A stretch of 20,000 nt of DNA from Trichomonas gallinae (taxonomy: Eukaryota), in NCBI GenBank assembly GCA_008369845.1, contig MRSU01000013.1, positions 47,888 through 67,887 on the forward strand. Reading direction: 5' to 3'. Within the stretch, counting starts at the first letter, position 1. Each line of letters begins with the position of its first letter. The translations under genes were made by a program, and so were the position numbers. Below are positions 18,201 to 20,000 of this stretch, piece after piece. The notes beneath the pieces are model-generated. The model saw nothing but the letters and a program-made list of their open reading frames with translations. It was not told the DNA's origin and ran no database searches.

Positions 18201-19781
18201 ATTTAAACAATTCTGGATTGCAACTGGCTGATATGTCATCATAAGCTCTCTAATCTGATGGAATATGTTGAATGGACACTCTTGGGCTAAAGAAAAGCAC
18301 ATTTTAACGAGAACTTCTGTTAAATTCAAAAATGACGAGAAATTATTAAGAATCTGGCCATTGTACACTTCAATTGGCATCAAGACATCCCAATTTTCTA
18401 TAGTTATAATGTTTTTGTGGAAGATATTAATATTTGTTGTGAATAAAAGTAAAGAAAAATACAAAAGAACAGCGTAGTTACTCTTCTCTTGCAGTTCCAG
18501 GAAGTGTTTCACGTATAATTTCGACACGGAATGATTGCTACATACAAAATTCGTAACTTTCTTTAATAGACTTGTTATTTGAGGAGAATTAATGAGCAGT
18601 GTAGGGTTACATTCTATATTATGGTGACTGCTTGCATCATTTGATTTAATTATGTCGAAATTAAAAAGCTTGATTGTGATAATCGAAAAATAGTCGTTAA
18701 CGAGTAGTTTCTTGGTTATTGTTTGGATTTTCGTCTTGGAAACTGTTACTTTCGTTTTTTCGTCAATTGCTATTGTAGATAATATGAAAGACATCAATAA
18801 TTTAACGGGTTCAGCATTTGCGCCTATTTTCTTGAGTGTTGGATATAACAACGACAAAAGATCAACGCTGGATAAGCCAATATCAATCCAAAAGCTTTTA
18901 TTTTCCGTTGATCTCAAAATCGAGACATTAAAAGCTTCTGTGATGATTTTTGCAAGTATTTTAGCATATTTTTCATTTCCTTCGATGTAATTTCGTATAA
19001 GCGGAGCAATAGAAGTGAATTTAACGAAAGATTGATAATAAATTTGCTGTAGGTTTTCGCTTTCCAGCTGAAATTGCTGTAAAATGATGACGAATTCTAT
19101 TATCTTGTCTATTTCGAATGTATCAAATTGATTTAAACCAATTAAATTTAAAATTTGATTAGAAATATTGAAATAAGTTATCGAAATCGGACATCTGAAG
19201 AACTCGTTGATGTTATTAAGTGTCACGATGTGAAATAAGTCGAGAAGTGGGGTAAGTATCACTAAAATATCGGAAATAAGATCATTCTCCGTATTAAAGA
19301 AAAATCTCGTCAATAAATGAAGGTTTTCTATGATATATTTCGGGAGTGTCGTGATTTTCTGATTCTGTAATATTAGGTTTATGCTGTTTTGAACATGATG
19401 AGAAATAATAATAAAGGATTTAACGAGTTCTGGAAAGGCTTCGATTATTACATTTTGTGTGTTGATATTACTGCATTCATTGCTTTGTAGTACTTCGCAG
19501 AATACGATTGATTCAGGAGAAATTACTCGATTAAACGAAAATAAATTCGACAATGTCTTTCCTGGACTTGTTTCTATATCCTCCATATTGTCATGAATTA
19601 ACTCCTTGTCAAATGGTTTGATATAGAACTGCGTGTACAAGATTTGTAATTGTGAATCCATAGGCACTGACCGTAGATAAGGCACTGATGGATATGTAAA
19701 GTATTTGACCCACAACTCATGCAGTTTGTTAATGAAAACTACCTCTCTGCGCTTCTTTAACGAAAAGCGGCGAGTTTTCAT
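12246..19781 (-). CDS. Beige/BEACH domain protein (helical N-terminus, possible ConA-like region, PH-BEACH, C-terminal WD40)
   Basis: BEACH signatures [66 protein letters not shown] and WIDLIFG (about 13200-14030). WD40 repeats [13 protein letters not shown] and [10 protein letters not shown]...[8 protein letters not shown]. TCACA Inr-like motif immediately before the ATG. Confidence 0.97.
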   Translation of the reverse strand: [2511 protein letters not shown]

Positions 19782-19850
19782 TTTGTGAAATTACAAAAAA
19801 CAAATCTACACTTATCGCATTCAAAGTATTTTGTGAGTCTTCTTAATTTA

Positions 19851-20000
19851 TTTGACACCTTACATCTTCACAATTTGGTATATTTGACACTTTTCCTTTT
19901 CTCGGATTTGACATTTGTCATTTTACATCTTCACAATTTTGTATTTTTGACATTTTACATTCTTTGATTCTGTCGATTTGACGTTTTACATCTTCACAAT
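19851..20000. repeat. Degenerate tandem repeat, 63-bp period, probably continuing beyond the window
   Basis: TTACATCTTCACAAT occurs exactly at 19860, 19923 and 19986. TTTGAC occurs at 19851, 19883, 19907, 19946 and 19977. Confidence 0.85.

Noticed and set aside
12361..18990. Short ORFs antisense to or nested in the BEACH gene, and similar ones inside other genes (770, 4903, 5952, 7030, 7675, 10649, 10889, 11800, 11859, 12128)
   Set aside because: They are shadow frames of real genes with no motifs, and many have non-ATG starts.
19785..19967. 60-aa ORF with LHLHN repeats
   Set aside because: It starts at GTG and arises from the 63-bp repeat.
19860..20000. CRISPR-like regularly spaced identical 15-mers
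   Set aside because: The linkers resemble each other, the repeat is too short, there are no cas genes, and the context is eukaryotic. It is a degenerate tandem repeat.

Overview
AT-rich, gene-dense eukaryotic DNA with no introns I could detect. It is most likely Trichomonas vaginalis or a close trichomonad. This is an inference from TCAYW initiator elements a few to about 50 nt upstream of ATGs, a TAAA signal overlapping a stop codon, M3-like Myb elements, and typical expanded families. About ten protein genes are present: a small hypothetical, a TOF/LisH (FOP/FOR20-like) protein, a DZIP1/Iguana-like C2H2 protein, an R2R3 Myb, a coiled-coil protein, a degenerate bromodomain-ET protein, a divergent ALG1-like glycosyltransferase, a PABPN1-like RRM protein, an 826-aa low-complexity protein and a 2511-aa PH-BEACH-WD40 protein. 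Two non-coding signals stand out. The first is an intergenic island of about 52% GC at 9447-9570 that folds into consecutive hairpins on the minus strand, with H/ACA-like geometry, and is a candidate ncRNA. The second is three promoter-proximal degenerate tandem arrays (periods 66, 69 and 63 bp) built from TGACA and TTACA motifs. I see no transposase, rRNA, tRNA or CRISPR array. All protein calls come from recognising motifs by eye, not from database searches.
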